Source: Leucoraja ocellata
Lineage: Eukaryota
NCBI GenBank assembly: GCA_036785375.1
Contig: JAWMAR010000384.1
Location: 682,001-746,000, forward strand
Direction of reading: 5' to 3'
Length of the DNA stretch: 64,000 nucleotides
Shown here: in pieces, positions 50,000 through 62,700 of the stretch
How positions within the stretch are numbered: position 1 is the first letter of the stretch
How the letters are laid out: every line of letters begins with the position of its first letter
The notes under the pieces: model-generated
The model's input: the letters and a program-made list of their open reading frames with translations, nothing else
What the model was told of the DNA's origin: nothing
Database searches by the model: none
Position numbers and translations under genes: made by a program

Positions 50000-50344
50000 T
50001 GCCAATACCCAACCTCGTTCCTTTGCCGAAGATTACAGCATCTTTCCACACAGCACAGTAGTAGTCAGCAGCGTCTCCCGACTGCACGCTCGATATTGTC
50101 AATGTTGCAGTGTTGCCTGACACTGATCCGGAGAAACGTTCAGAAACTCCCGAGCCTCTGTAAATGCTGCTGCCCGAGTAATAGTAGAACAAATATCGCG
50201 GGACCGTTCCTGGAATCTGCTGGTACCAGGAAAGAACACTGCTACCTAAACTGCCGCCAGACATGGTACAGGCTATTTCCACGTTCTGTCCCAGAGATGT
50301 GGATTTTGAAGACGGCTGATTTAGTGCAAATTGCGCATTTATAT
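50000..50344 (-). CDS. Germline-joined VJ exon (cluster B)
   Basis: ttccag|AT...GGCA|gtaagt; (Y)INAQFALNQPSSKSTSLGQNVEIACTMSGGSLGSSVLSWYQQ...YYCAVWKDAVIFGKGTRLGIG; 345 nt, same length as cluster A. Confidence 0.96.
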
Positions 50345-50469
50345 CTGGAAAACAAACCAGATAAAAGTAGAATATTAACTAATATCAGATAAACAGTAGA
50401 ATTATCACGGATAGAAAGGTTTAATCGTACTCGAGATTAAATATCATGTCGGTTGAAGTAAATACTCAC

Positions 50470-50518
50470 AAGCTGCGGAAAACGCTAACGCATAGACTAG
50501 AGAGATCCAGCAAGACAT
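50470..50518 (-). CDS. Leader (L1) exon, cluster B
   Basis: ATG at 50518; MSCWISLVYALAFSAA + T|gtgagt. Confidence 0.92.
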
Positions 50519-50577
50519 TGTAATGAATTGAGCGGAGAACGCCATGTGAAGTGGCTCCTGAGTGTTTCTCTCCTGGT

Positions 50578-50700
50578 CGCTTATGAACCGTGTGACAAGG
50601 CGTCACCTCGAGTTCCTTATCTACCCTTCAACAGTCAAATCAGAATGCGTGTTGCGCCAATCAGAAGTTGCCAGATTCTTCCTGGGTCAAATTATTTCCA
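50578..50700 (-). promoter_or_regulatory. V promoter, cluster B
   Basis: TGACaaggCGTCA (50593-50605); 31-bp block 50651-50681 identical to cluster A, including CCAAT; no octamer at the homologous position. Confidence 0.7.
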
Positions 50701-53585
50701 AAGTAAATAAAGATTTGGTGTCGAATATTTCGGTACAATTTATCCCGGTACATTTGTACCTCGGGACGATTTAAAATAGACTCAATCACATAAGAGTCTT
50801 TGTTTTGTTTGTAAGGAGGTGTTGAATTATTCCTTTTCATTTATTCTGAACCTTTAGCTGTGCAGTTGCACGGCATGCGCCTTCAAATAAATTAATCGAA
50901 TAACCTCATCATAATTTCTGGCGACTGCTCATTCACTCTTGAAAAATGAAGGGGTACATTCCAACAGGGGCTGAAGAATCCGATCTCATGGTCTCGCACG
51001 AGTGTACGCGACATGTATCTTCACCCTTTTAGTTGCACACCCACATTTTATTTGAAACTGGTAAATATTCTGGTGAAGGCGGTGTGTAGGAAATCTTTAA
51101 AGCGCAATGTGAAGAAACAATTGTCTTCAAAATTAGTTACGAATTTGCAGATTTGGGTGTCAATGCCCCGTCAACACCGCTGTAATTCTGGAAAGCATGC
51201 TTGCTAGCAGCACACATGTTCACTTGCTTAGCACGGGTAATTGACTTATTTGAGAAAATAAATTGAGAAACATGTTTAATCGACATGTTGGTAGCTGCTG
51301 GCGAGTTTTATATATGAAAGACCTCGATGTCTGCAAGTGCTTGCGTTGCTATGATATTAATTCTGTCCAACTTCATCTGACATATGAAATTATATTTACA
51401 TGCAACCAGCGTTGCCTTATACCTGATCCAATGTACGCAGATTTTATATCGCAACCCAATCGCGCTAGTTGTCGCGGCAGCGCTCCTTTCGCTTTGTGGA
51501 TTATCCCTGCAGGGTAGTAACACCGGGCGAATCAGTGCTAACGGCGATGAACAAGAAAATACAGTCAAAAAACAGTCTACATTTTAAAAATGTTGATATT
51601 TGGACTAACGATTTCGCTGGTAATTAATCAAAGGAGACCGGGCTGTTCTGCTGATGTGTCTGGACAGTTAATACTCGCATCTCATAAAAGTCCTCAGATC
51701 GATGACATGCACACAGGTCAAGCAAAGGCATCAATTTCTCAAACATTGTTTCCGAAATTGTTCTACTCTTCGGTATTTCGGAAATGCTATCTCTGTTGGA
51801 ACAGGGAATCATTCCTGTGATACCGTGGCGTGATTATGCAGCATTTAACTGGCATTAACAATATTTTAGTTGAAATGATGAGATCAGAATATGTTTCAGT
51901 GCGCAACCATGACACCCGTACCGAGCCTATTACCAATGTGCGTTGCCTTTGCTAAGTTATCCTCTGATCTCTGCACATGAACGCTTTACATAAACTGGAT
52001 ACATTGGACAATTCGCCATGCAGGTAAAACAACAAGCAGGTAGTTGAACTACATCCAGAATAAAGTAATCTTTTAGTAGTCCTTTTGGCGAAGATACAGG
52101 TCCAAACCACTAGGAATACCATTCCAGAATTTACTTCTTACAAAGCTATTGAAATCGACCTTCTTGCAATTCAGAAACCTAATTTCGGGACTATTCTTAC
52201 CCCTTCCAATGCATACTTTAAGGGTAAAATGCAATGGTTTCGGACCCTCAAAATTTCAGCCCACTGATGCTTCATCCTCTTACCCGGCTTCATTTATTGT
52301 CAGTGTGTCTAGCACTGGCACAGACAGCACTCCTAGCTATTATTTTATCTACCACGCATATTCCTTTCACAGGCCTGTGATCACAAATGATATTAGAGGT
52401 ATTTTGGCGAAGTAGTATTTCTTTTAAGTGTATTGTCCAAAGACTGAAAACGATGCATGTACTAGAGGCCATATGCTATCGTAAATCGAATGCTAGCTAT
52501 CATGAAACAGAGAGTAGGCAGAATTGGGTCTGGTTCTGATTTGTAAGGACTACCACTGTCGTATTGCAAGTAAGTGCGTGTGCCCTCAACCTCAGCTTCG
52601 GGTTCCTTACAATATATTTGAATTCCATATGATCTGATCTCTGATGTAACAACACAGTCATATTCCTTTATTCATACCATTGGTTGCTCTGTTGATAGTT
52701 TTTATTTTGCCACAGAGAATTCGACCATCCCTTCAGTTGTGTTCCACATAAAGTCACTATAGTCCAGAATATAGTTCTTTTCAGAGTTATGCTTATCTGA
52801 ATATTGGTTAATCTTCTCTATCGAGAAATATCTCTATCGTTATTTGCGGGCACGTGTCACAGCTTGGTTATTTGGCTAAATAACAGTCAATAAACTGAAG
52901 GTAAACATAAGTGGAGCGGCCATATTGAGATTGGTTTATTGAGGCTTAAGCTCAAGAGGCTTCTGTGAGGGTTACCGGAGGATAAGGTTTGGTCTGTCAC
53001 TTGATGTTTGCTTTGCAGCACAACCTGCTCTTGGTGTGATAGAGATGGAGGCTAGTATGCTCAGCCTGTGGGATGTTGGGACTGAAGAAGACGTAGCGTC
53101 TCTGAACATTACATCTGCAGGAGGTGTGTCCAGGTGCAGCTCCTGAAAGATTAGTGATCTGCAGTTGCAATTGGATGACCTCGTGTTCGTCCAGACAGTG
53201 AGCAAGTCATAGTGAGGTGCTCATACCTGTGGTGAGGACACAGAATAGATGGGTGACAACCAGCAAAGGGAATAGGTAGAGGGTTCAAGAATCCCCTGTA
53301 GACATTCCCCTGCAAAACTGCTATGTTCTTTTGCAACTGTTGCGGGGACAGCAGCAGCAGTCAGGTCTGTGGCACTGGGCCTGTCTCTGATGTGCAGCGG
53401 TATGAAGTTAGACAGAGTGATTGTGATAAATACATTGGTGAGGTGGACAGGAGCAAATAGGCCTCATGGATCGACTGTTGCCTCTCTGGTGCAAGGATCT
53501 AGGATGTCCTCGAGCGGCTGCAGATCATTTTCAAAGTGGTGGGTGGACAGACAGAAGTCGTTTTGCATGTCAGCACAAATGATAG

Positions 53586-56480
53586 AATAATAATAATAAT
53601 AAACTTTATTTCGGACTCAAGGTCCAGACAAGGGACAACATTACATAAAAACACATTGCATATAAAAAACATAAAATACATATAAAATCTTAGTATGTCC
53701 AATAATAGCATCATACATTATATATATAAAAAACACAATACATGATTTAAAATCCCGAATAAAATGATCAATGTCCAACAACGAGACAGCGATACCAGTG
53801 TCTCCATAAGTGGGATTCGTAACGTGTAGAGCTAAACATTATGTTTGACAAAGCAACGATAATTACATTTTCAAGTCATTTATCCTGCCAATTAATTTAT
53901 ACATATGATTTCTTAGGATTGGTCCTGCAGCCACAAACATGTTACTAGCACTACACCATCTAGGTTTCCTCAGCAGTATTCTCATGGCATTATTATAGGC
54001 CACCTTTACTCTCTGCAAACTTGTCTTTCAGTAGTTCAACCACAGGTGTACAGTATAGAGTGGTGTGCAGTATGCTCTAAACAGCGACATCTTCACCACA
54101 TCTGTACACGCACCAAACTTATGCAAGAGAATATTCGCCTGTACATACAGCATAGTCGTTGCCTATAAAAATTATAATAGAAACATAGAAACATCGAAAA
54201 TAGGTGCAGGGGTAGGCCATTTGGCCCGTCGAGCCTGCACCACCATTCAATATGATCATGGCTGATCATCCAACTCAGTATCCTGTACCTGCATTCTCTC
54301 CATACCCCCTGATCCCTTTAGCCACAAGGGCCACATCTAACTCTCTCTTAAATATAGCCAATGAACTGGCCTCAACTACCTTCTGTGGCAGAAAATTCCA
54401 GAGATTCACCACTCTCTGTGTGAAAAATGTTTTCCTCATCTCCGTCCTAAAATATTTCCCCCTAATCCTTAAACTGTGACCCCTTGTTCTGGACTTCCCC
54501 AACATCGGGAACAATCTTTCAGCATCTAGCCTGTCCAACCCCTGAAGAATTTGGTAAGTTTCTATAAGATTCCCCCACCTTGCAGCCTCCTAGCATCCTC
54601 CTCACAGCTAACACTGCCCCCCAGCTTCGTGTCATCTGCAAACCTGGAGATGTTGCATTCAATTCCCTCGTCCAAATGATTAATACTGTATATATCGTAA
54701 ATAGCTGGGGTTCCAGCACTGAGCCTTGCGGTACCCCACTAGTCACTGCCTGCCATTGTGAAAAGGATCCGTTTACTCCTACTTTTTGCTTCCTATCTGC
54801 CAGCCAGTTCTCTATCCATATCAATACTGAACCCCCAATACAGTGTGCCTTAAGTTTGTATACTAATCTCTTATGTGGGATCTTGTCGAAAGCCTTCTGA
54901 AAGTCCAGATATAACACATCCACTGGTTCTCCCTTATCCACTCTACTAGTTACATCCTCGAAAAATTCTATAAGGTTCGTCAGACATGATTTACCTTTCA
55001 TAAATCCATGCTGACTTTGTCCAATGATTTCACCGCTTTCCAAATGTGCTGCTATCCCATCTTTAATAACTGATTCTAGCAGTTTCCCCACTAACGACGT
55101 TAGACTAACTGGTCTGTAATTCCCCGTTTTCTCTCTCCCTCCCTTTTTAAAAAGTGGGGTTACATTAGCTACCCTCCAATCCTCAGGAACTACTCCAGAA
55201 TCTAAAGAGTTTTGATTCATCATCTGTCATTTGTTCTGTAATAACATGCCCAAGATATTTTACCTTATTACAGGCACTAAGATTATTGTCAGACAATTTA
55301 TAATCAGGAAATGTTAGACATTTATCTCCTTTGGTTCTACAGATCATAACAGCAGTCTTACAAGTGTTACATTTAATATCATGTTCCACGCCATACACAG
55401 AACATTAAGTACGGATCTGCTGCAGACCAGCGCTAGATGGACTAAAGACCACAAGATTATCTGCATACATAATATGGTTCAATAAAATATTACCAATCAT
55501 GCACCCAGTATTACAGGCTTTCAATTGCTTGGACAGATCATCAATATAAAGATTAAAAAGGACTGGGGAGAAAATTCCCCCTTGTCTAACACCATTGGCA
55601 ACCCTAAATGAGGGTGAGACCCTATTGCCCCATTTTATTTGCATAATCTGGTGCACATAACAGTAAACCAGAATTATCACAATGTATATAGGCACCGCCC
55701 TCTGACTCATTTTAAGGAACAGCTTTCTATGATTAACATGATCAAAAGCTTTGGAAGCATCAATAAAGCACATAAGAATTGAAGTTTTTGCCTCTATATT
55801 TGTTTGCAATCTCCTTTAGGTCATATATGCACGTCAGTGCCATGTTTAGCGTTAAAACCAAACTGGTTATCTGTGGAGTTAACAAACTCATTTACTCTAT
55901 CCGGCAGAATTCTTTCTAAGACCTTTGACAATATGCTGGCTAAAGCTATGGGCCTGTAATTATTTAGGCTGCCTATTTTACCAGCTTTGTCCTTAATGAC
56001 CGGCAGTAGCAGAACAGGCAACATTGAGGCTGGTAACAAGCCATGAATCATAACGCCAGTAAGACAAATAGCAAGGAGAGGAGCTATCCTCATACTCGCA
56101 TACTTAAGATGTTCAGCAGAAATATGATCCAAGCCACTTGCTTTGTTGTTGGACAGCTTGTTCATGACATGATACACCTCATGTGACATCACCACTGAGT
56201 AATTACTCTCAATATTGTCCACCCTATACAAATCATCTTGGACACAGTTGAATAAAGTGCTATAATGTTGTCGCCATAAGTCCGCGATATTAGCTGTCCT
56301 GGAGATTCCATCTACAGTGCATGGTACAGATGTTTTACAACTGTTAAGAGCTCTTTCCAAAAATCAGTATCATTGTTACGTGGCAGCTTCTTAGCCATGG
56401 AATCAGCCCTCATAGTTTGCTCATTTTTACAGATGAAGCGAACACCATACTTATATCTTGTATTAGTGAGCTTCATTTAC
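53586..56480 (-). mobile_element. Non-CR1 LINE (RTE-X/Proto2-like RT), 5'-truncated
   Basis: NYRPIALASILSKVLE, NQFGF, CFIDASKAFD, GVRQGGIFSP, HIMYADNL, KVKYLGH; AATAAA plus (TTA)n tail at ~53590. Confidence 0.8.
54178..55215 (-). mobile_element. Young CR1 nested within the RTE-X-like LINE
   Basis: ORFs 54519-55223 and 54275-54538; catagaaa tail. Confidence 0.92.
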
Positions 56481-59400
56481 TCAAACACATATGTAGAAAA
56501 CTGGATGAGGTCCTAAAGAGGAGTAAAAAGATTTGGGGAAAAAAGTTAGGAAAAGGGAATGGGTCCTGTGGAGAGAATATAGGGAGTTCAGCAAAATATA
56601 ACGAAGGGCAATGTGGTCCAACGGAGTGTCTATGGGGAGTTAGGTTAAAGGTTAAAATTCCCACCTGGTGGGTGGTAATCTCTAGATTACTACAGTTACC
56701 ACGTTAGTGAGGGTAGCAATAGGAGGATAGGACAGATGAATGCACGACTGAGGAGTTGGTGCAGGGGAAAGGATTCAGATTGTAGACCATTGAGATTTAT
56801 ATTGCCGTAAAGGCGACCTGCACAAGAGGGACAGGTTGCACTTGGACTGAAGGGACACCAACATCCTTGCGGTGAAGTTTGCTCGTACTACTCTGGATAA
56901 TTTAAGATGGAATGGACAGAGAATGGGAACGAAAGGAGCAAGTTTGCAAATGGAAAGGCTGACAAGAAGTGGAGGTTATAACAAGTAATGCTCAAAGGAA
57001 AGATGAGCAGGGAGTGGTTCATGATTATGTGGCAATTAGAGGATGAAATGTTTACTTCAGTGCAGGGATTATTGTGGATAAAGCAAAATGAACGTAGATA
57101 GTCGAGATCAGTGCTTGGAGTAATAAAGTTGTGGCCATTATGGAAACTTGTTTGTTGGAGAGTCATGACTGGCAGTTCAATGTATCAGGGCTTCGATATT
57201 TAAGATGGTGGTACTCAGAGGGGACATAACTGGAGGATACATCTATTGAGGCATATGGGGTGTGCATAAAAATAAGAAAGGAACAGTCTCTCTAATGGGA
57301 TTATATTATGGGACACCCAATAAGCAGCGGGAGATGGATTGGAGATGCAAACAGAACCACAGTTTTGTTGTATTGGGTATCGTTAACTTCCCCAACATTG
57401 ACGGTTTTATGTTCAGTGGATGGGGGTTAAATGAGGCAGAATTTATGAAGTATATCCAAGAAATTTTCCTTAAACGGTGTTTGGGTAGTCTGAATCTAGG
57501 AGGGACGATACTGGACATTGTGTTGGGAAATGAATTTGGCCAATGTGTACTGCAACTGTATTCACCAAGGAGAAAGACGTGGATGACGGTGAGATCAGTG
57601 TGGAGAAAACTAATATGCTATGTTTGTTTGTGGTTTATTATTATTGTCGCATGTCTCCCTTTTGCCAAATTCAAACCGGGAACATAAGAAGAAGGAATAA
57701 GTAAGTTGTTCACGGCTTCACCGGGAGTCATGTGTTCTTCTTCTTGGTTATTGGTTCTCCAAAATATTCCAAATGGAATTTACACTGGAGGTGGCGGAGG
57801 GTGGACTTAAGCAAAAAAGGGCCCTTGGAGAAGAAGAGCTACCTTAAATGTAGTTGCTTCTGGTTGGGTAACTATGGTAGGGTGAAGACTATTCTATGCT
57901 TTAATTGTGCAGGGGAAGAATGCTGAACACATCAGTCTTAGTAGCTGGTATCTCAAATTGGATCGAATGGGTTAGAATGGGATCGACAGAACTGCCTTTT
58001 TGATCACGGTCGTTCCCCTGCCAGGTAAGTGGGCCTGGGCCTCATCCATTGTCAGAGTGAGGCCCAGCGCAAATTGGAGGAACAGCACCTCATATTTCGT
58101 TTGGCAGCTCACACCCCAGTCAAGAGTCAAGACTCCCCCTAGTAAAACTCGACCACAGTGGTTCAATGTTTGTGTTGGGAGGAACTGCAGATGCTGCTTT
58201 AAACCTAAGATAGACACAAAAGGCCGGAGTAACTCAGCGCCTCAGGCACCATCTCCAAGAAAAGGAATAGGTCACACTTCGGGTTGAGACCCTTCCTCAG
58301 ACTGCGCCAGGTAAAGTGAAACGAGAGATATAGACGGTGATACAGAGGTGCATATAGAACAAATGAAAGAAAGATATGCAAAAAAAAGTAACGATGATCA
58401 AGGAAAGGTGGAGCTGCATTGTTGGCGGTGGGCAAGGTGATAGCGAGTTATGCATTCAATTTCTTTGTCTGAAGAAGGGTCTCGACCTGAATAGTCACCC
58501 ATTCCTTCGCTCCATCGACGCTCCCTCACCCGCGGAGTTTCTCCAGCATTGTTGTCTACCATGCATTAAATGAAACTCACCGGGACGACAGTGAAACTGC
58601 TACGATGACCAGCATGGGGGAGGGTCGGGGAGAGCAGTGATGCAAGGGTTACTTGAAAAGTTAGAGAAATCAATATTCATTGAGGTGCTGTTCCTCCACT
58701 TTACACTGGGCCTCACTCTGACAGTGGAGGAGGCCCAGGACAGAAAGGTCAGTGGGGGAATGGGAAAGGAAGTTGAACGTTTAAACAAACTCCAGTGTCA
58801 CGCCCTTTTCCCAACTCCCTTGAATCGCTTAAAGTTCTTTCGATGCCAATCTGTTTGAGTATCGGCAAGCATATGGAGTAAAGTATCCAAAACATTATAA
58901 TCGCATCCAGCCAAGAATACTTTTCTTTTCAATCCTGATGACACAGCCCATTATCTGAAGATGAAATCAGGCAGAAATATGAAATCGAGTTGGAAATAAC
59001 TTAAGCGGTCGATTAGAAGAGCCAAAAGGGGGCATGAAACGGGGTTGTCGAGCTAGATTAAAGAAGTTCGCAAGGTTTATGTACCTGATTTAAATGCAAG
59101 AGGGTAACCAGAAAGATGGTAACTCGAGGATAAAGGGAGGAATTTGTGCTTTGAGTCAAGGGATATAGGCGAGATATTAAATGTATGCGTTGTATGTCTT
59201 TTAACCAAGGAGAAGGACAAGAAGGAGAGTGAGATCAATGTGGCGAATATTCATACGCAAGGGCACTGTGTGATTAAGAAGTAGGTGTTGGGTGTCTTGA
59301 GGGGCAGTGTGCATGAATGGACAGATTATTGAGAGACACAACAGACGAGATTGCAGGAGCCATGACAAAGATCTCTGCACCTTCTCTAGTAGTTAATACG

Positions 59401-59774
59401 TTTACAGGTGACAGCTAGATTATTTGGGTTGCGGACAGTGAGGAAGGCTGTCAAAGTAAACAGCAGGATAGGTATAAAAATGAGAGATGAAATGATAGAT
59501 GTAGATTAACCAGAGCATTGAACTGCTGGGGGAGGGGTCGATTGTGAGGGGAAATATACGAGACGCTGCCTGATGCGCTGACTTACTCCAGCATTTTGTA
59601 TCTACTTTCGATTAATAACAACAGTATTGATGTACAGAGGAATTTTGGGATCCAAGTCTGTATGTCCCTCAGTGGCAACACTACTATATAGAGTGGTGAG
59701 AAGGCATATTTTATGTTTTGCTTCATTGAGCAGGGCATTCAGGATAAGGGCAGGCGAGTCATGATGCTACTTTA

Positions 59775-60844
59775 TGCCCCTGTCCCACTTAGGAAACCTG
59801 AACGGAAACCTCCGGAGACTTTGCGCCCCACCCAAGGTTTCCGTGCGGTTCCCAGAAGTTGCAGGTGGTTGCCGGAGGTTGCAGGCAGTGGAAGCGGGTA
59901 GGGAGACTGACGAAAACCTCAGGGAAAAACTAAGGAGATGGTGGTTGACTTCAGGAGGGCGGGAAAACCACACCATACACCTCTGCACATCGATGGAGCT
60001 GATGTGGAAAGGGTCAGCAGCGTGAAGTTCCTAGGACTCCACCTGTCAGATGACCTGATGTCCACAACCAACACCACAGCACTGGTTAAGAGAGCCCAGC
60101 AGCGACTACACCCTCTCCGAAGACTACGTAAAGCAGGTCTCCCCACTACACATCTACGAACGTTTTATAAGGGGACAGTCGAGAGCACATTAACCAACGG
60201 CATCACTTCCTGGTTCGGGAGCTGCAAGGCGTACAAACGGCACCAACTTGACAGGATTGTGAAGACCGCCAGCAGGATTATTGGTGTTCCACTCCCTTTC
60301 TTGCTGGACATATACAGGAAGAGATGTATCAACAGAGCCATCTCCATCATCAAAGACCCCTACCACCCATCGCATCACATATTCTCCATCCTGCCATCTG
60401 GGAAGAGGTACAGAAGCATTAGCTGCAAAACCAGGAGGATGCTCCTCAGCTTCTTCCCGCAGGCTATAAGACTGATAAACGGACTTAGTCCCCTGCCAAA
60501 GTATCGCGCACCAACCATCAACCTGGACACACTGCAGCAGCTGTCGATCGGAACGCCTGTTGATGTTTAGTAGAGAGTAGAGTGTTTAATTTAATTTGTT
60601 CATGATATATGTATTTTTATTTCTATTTACTTGTTGTTATTTGTACTGCACACTGAATGGACGCTGGTTGAGCAACGTTTTTTTGTTTCCTCTGAGTATG
60701 TGAGTACTCAGGAAATGACAATAAAGATATACTGATACTGATACTGATACTGACAGGGAACCTCCGGGAACCGCACGGAAACCTTGGGTGGGGTACAAAG
60801 TCTCCAGAGGTTTCCGTTCAGGTTTCCTAGGTGGGACAGGGGTA
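59775..60844. mobile_element. Paralogous MITE interrupted by a LINE
   Basis: Same TIRs as 46552-46787, split at its centre. Confidence 0.85.
59927..60753 (+). mobile_element. Young 5'-truncated Rex1/Babar-type LINE
   Basis: Open 210-aa ORF (VDFRR...VERVSSVKFLG...KRAQQRL..LRRL...SFFPQAIRL); AATAAA plus (TACTGA)n tail; 7-bp TSD CAGGGAA at 59920-59926 / 60754-60760; empty site in copy B. Confidence 0.9.
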
Positions 60845-62700
60845 AAGGACTTTTGTTAGGCTGCATTTCGGGTACTGCCATAATTTCCTTCGCCCCAATA
60901 CTAGATGGAAGTGGAGGCCTTGGAAAAGGCGCAGAGGATGTTTACCAGCATGATACCTGAATTAGGGGTATTAACTACGAGCACAGGTTGGACAGAATCG
61001 GGTTGTTTTCTCTGTAACCGTTAACGATGAGAGGTGACCTGCTAGAAATATATAAAATTATGAGTCATAGATAGGGCAGAGAATGATTACCATTTCCCCC
61101 CAGAATGGAAATATCAAGGACTAGATGACATAGCTTTAAGGAGAGAGACGCATGGACATTTTATATACAGAGGTTGGTGAGAACTGTGAAGGTGTTGGCG
61201 AGGGTGGTGGTGGCGGCACAAGCAACAGTGGCATTTGTAAGATTTCTGGATCCAGATCATGTGCCCGCAGATAAGATTTGGTTTTGGCATCATGTCGGCA
61301 GAGGCATGGAGTGCGGAAAGGCTTGTTCGTGTGCTGTGCTGTACTATGTTCTGCGCTTTGTGGATACTGCAAATTATAGTTTGCACTCATCAATCAGGAG
61401 AAATTACGTCTGCACCTTTCCTGCCAAGACCACTACGAGATTTAGATATTACAGTGGGTGATATATCATATATTGTGGGGCGGCACAGTGGCGCACCTGG
61501 TAGAGCAGCTGCCTCGACAGCGCCAGAGACCAGGGTTCGATCCTGAGCTCGGATGCTGTCTGTGAGGAGCTTACACGTTTCCCATGTGGTGCCGTGGTTT
61601 GCCTCCCACATCCCAAAGATTGCGAGTTCCTAGGTTAATTGACCTCTGTAAAATTGCCCCCACTGTGTAGGGAGTGGATGAGAAGGTAGGCTACACTTCT
61701 CAGTAGTTCCGCGCAGCGTGCACTTATCCCGCTAATCAGCTCAGCAGGAACCAACCAATAACTTCAGTACTTCTATTAGGCAAGGAAAGTAAAACTATAT
61801 GTGATACTCCATGTGTGCTAGCGCCCTATATAAAGGCAGAAAGACCATATTCTGCCAGACAATGAGGCCAGTTCATTGGCTATATTTAAGAGGGAGTTAG
61901 ATGTGGCCCTTGTGGCTAAAGGGGTCAGGGGGTATGGAGAGAAGGCCTTATGGGATACTGAGTTGGATGATCAGCCATGATCATATTGAATGGCGGTGCA
62001 TGCTCAAAGGGCCGAACAGCCTACTCCTGCACCTATTTTCTATGTTTCTATGTTTCCATATTACTCTCACTCACCACCAGCCCCACCCAGTTAATTCACA
62101 GATGAAATAGGTTGGAATTGCTAAGTGAATAGTATTAGCAAGGTCACATATAACGATTACTGTCTGTCCTCGAATACGTTTCTACATGAGCGCCCCATTT
62201 TGTTCGTGTGTGTGCGTGTGCGCGCGCGCGGCTCTATGAACCAATTTATCATCACACCAGTTTATAACATAACGTTCGGCAACATTTATCACCGGTTCTT
62301 CCATAAGGTAAAATAATGAAGGTTGATTAAATACATTTGATTTTCTCTGATCAGAAATAAAAACCCAACACATGTATCGCTCTTAAGATTGAATTATTGA
62401 TTTTAGTCGAGAGCTGTATTTGTATGTTAATCACGTGGGTAAACAAAACAAACCTGAATGTAATCTTTAGACCACTGTCTTTTAATGAATATTTGGGAAT
62501 GCATTTAACAGATTGAATAACATTGGAGTTTCAATTCACAACGAGTTGCTTCAATTGAATGACGTTTACAAACAGCGAGACAAAGGACAATTTTACCGCA
62601 AATGCTAGTCGATAATAGAGAATATTTTTATATCAATTTTTGACAAATGAAAGACGGAGCAACAATATTTGTCAGTTTGATTTGTTGGAATCTAGAGGTT

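Larger units (their letters stand above)
52900..57610 (+). mobile_element. Old CR1 (ORF1 esterase + endonuclease), split by a nested LINE
   Basis: VVLHVSTND|...DEVL ORF1 remnants on both sides of the insertion; LMGLYY.TPN, VNFPNID and ILDIVLGNE endonuclease remnants. Confidence 0.6.

Noticed and set aside
10380-58170. Recombination signal sequences
   Set aside because: Several CACAGTG/CACTGTG heptamers (e.g. ~10390, 12469, 47048, 58154) lack a recognisable nonamer at 12/23 spacing; the scan was by eye only.
59938-60570. 210-aa ORF as a novel host gene
   Set aside because: LINE RT C-terminus with TSD and microsatellite tail; absent from the paralogous site.
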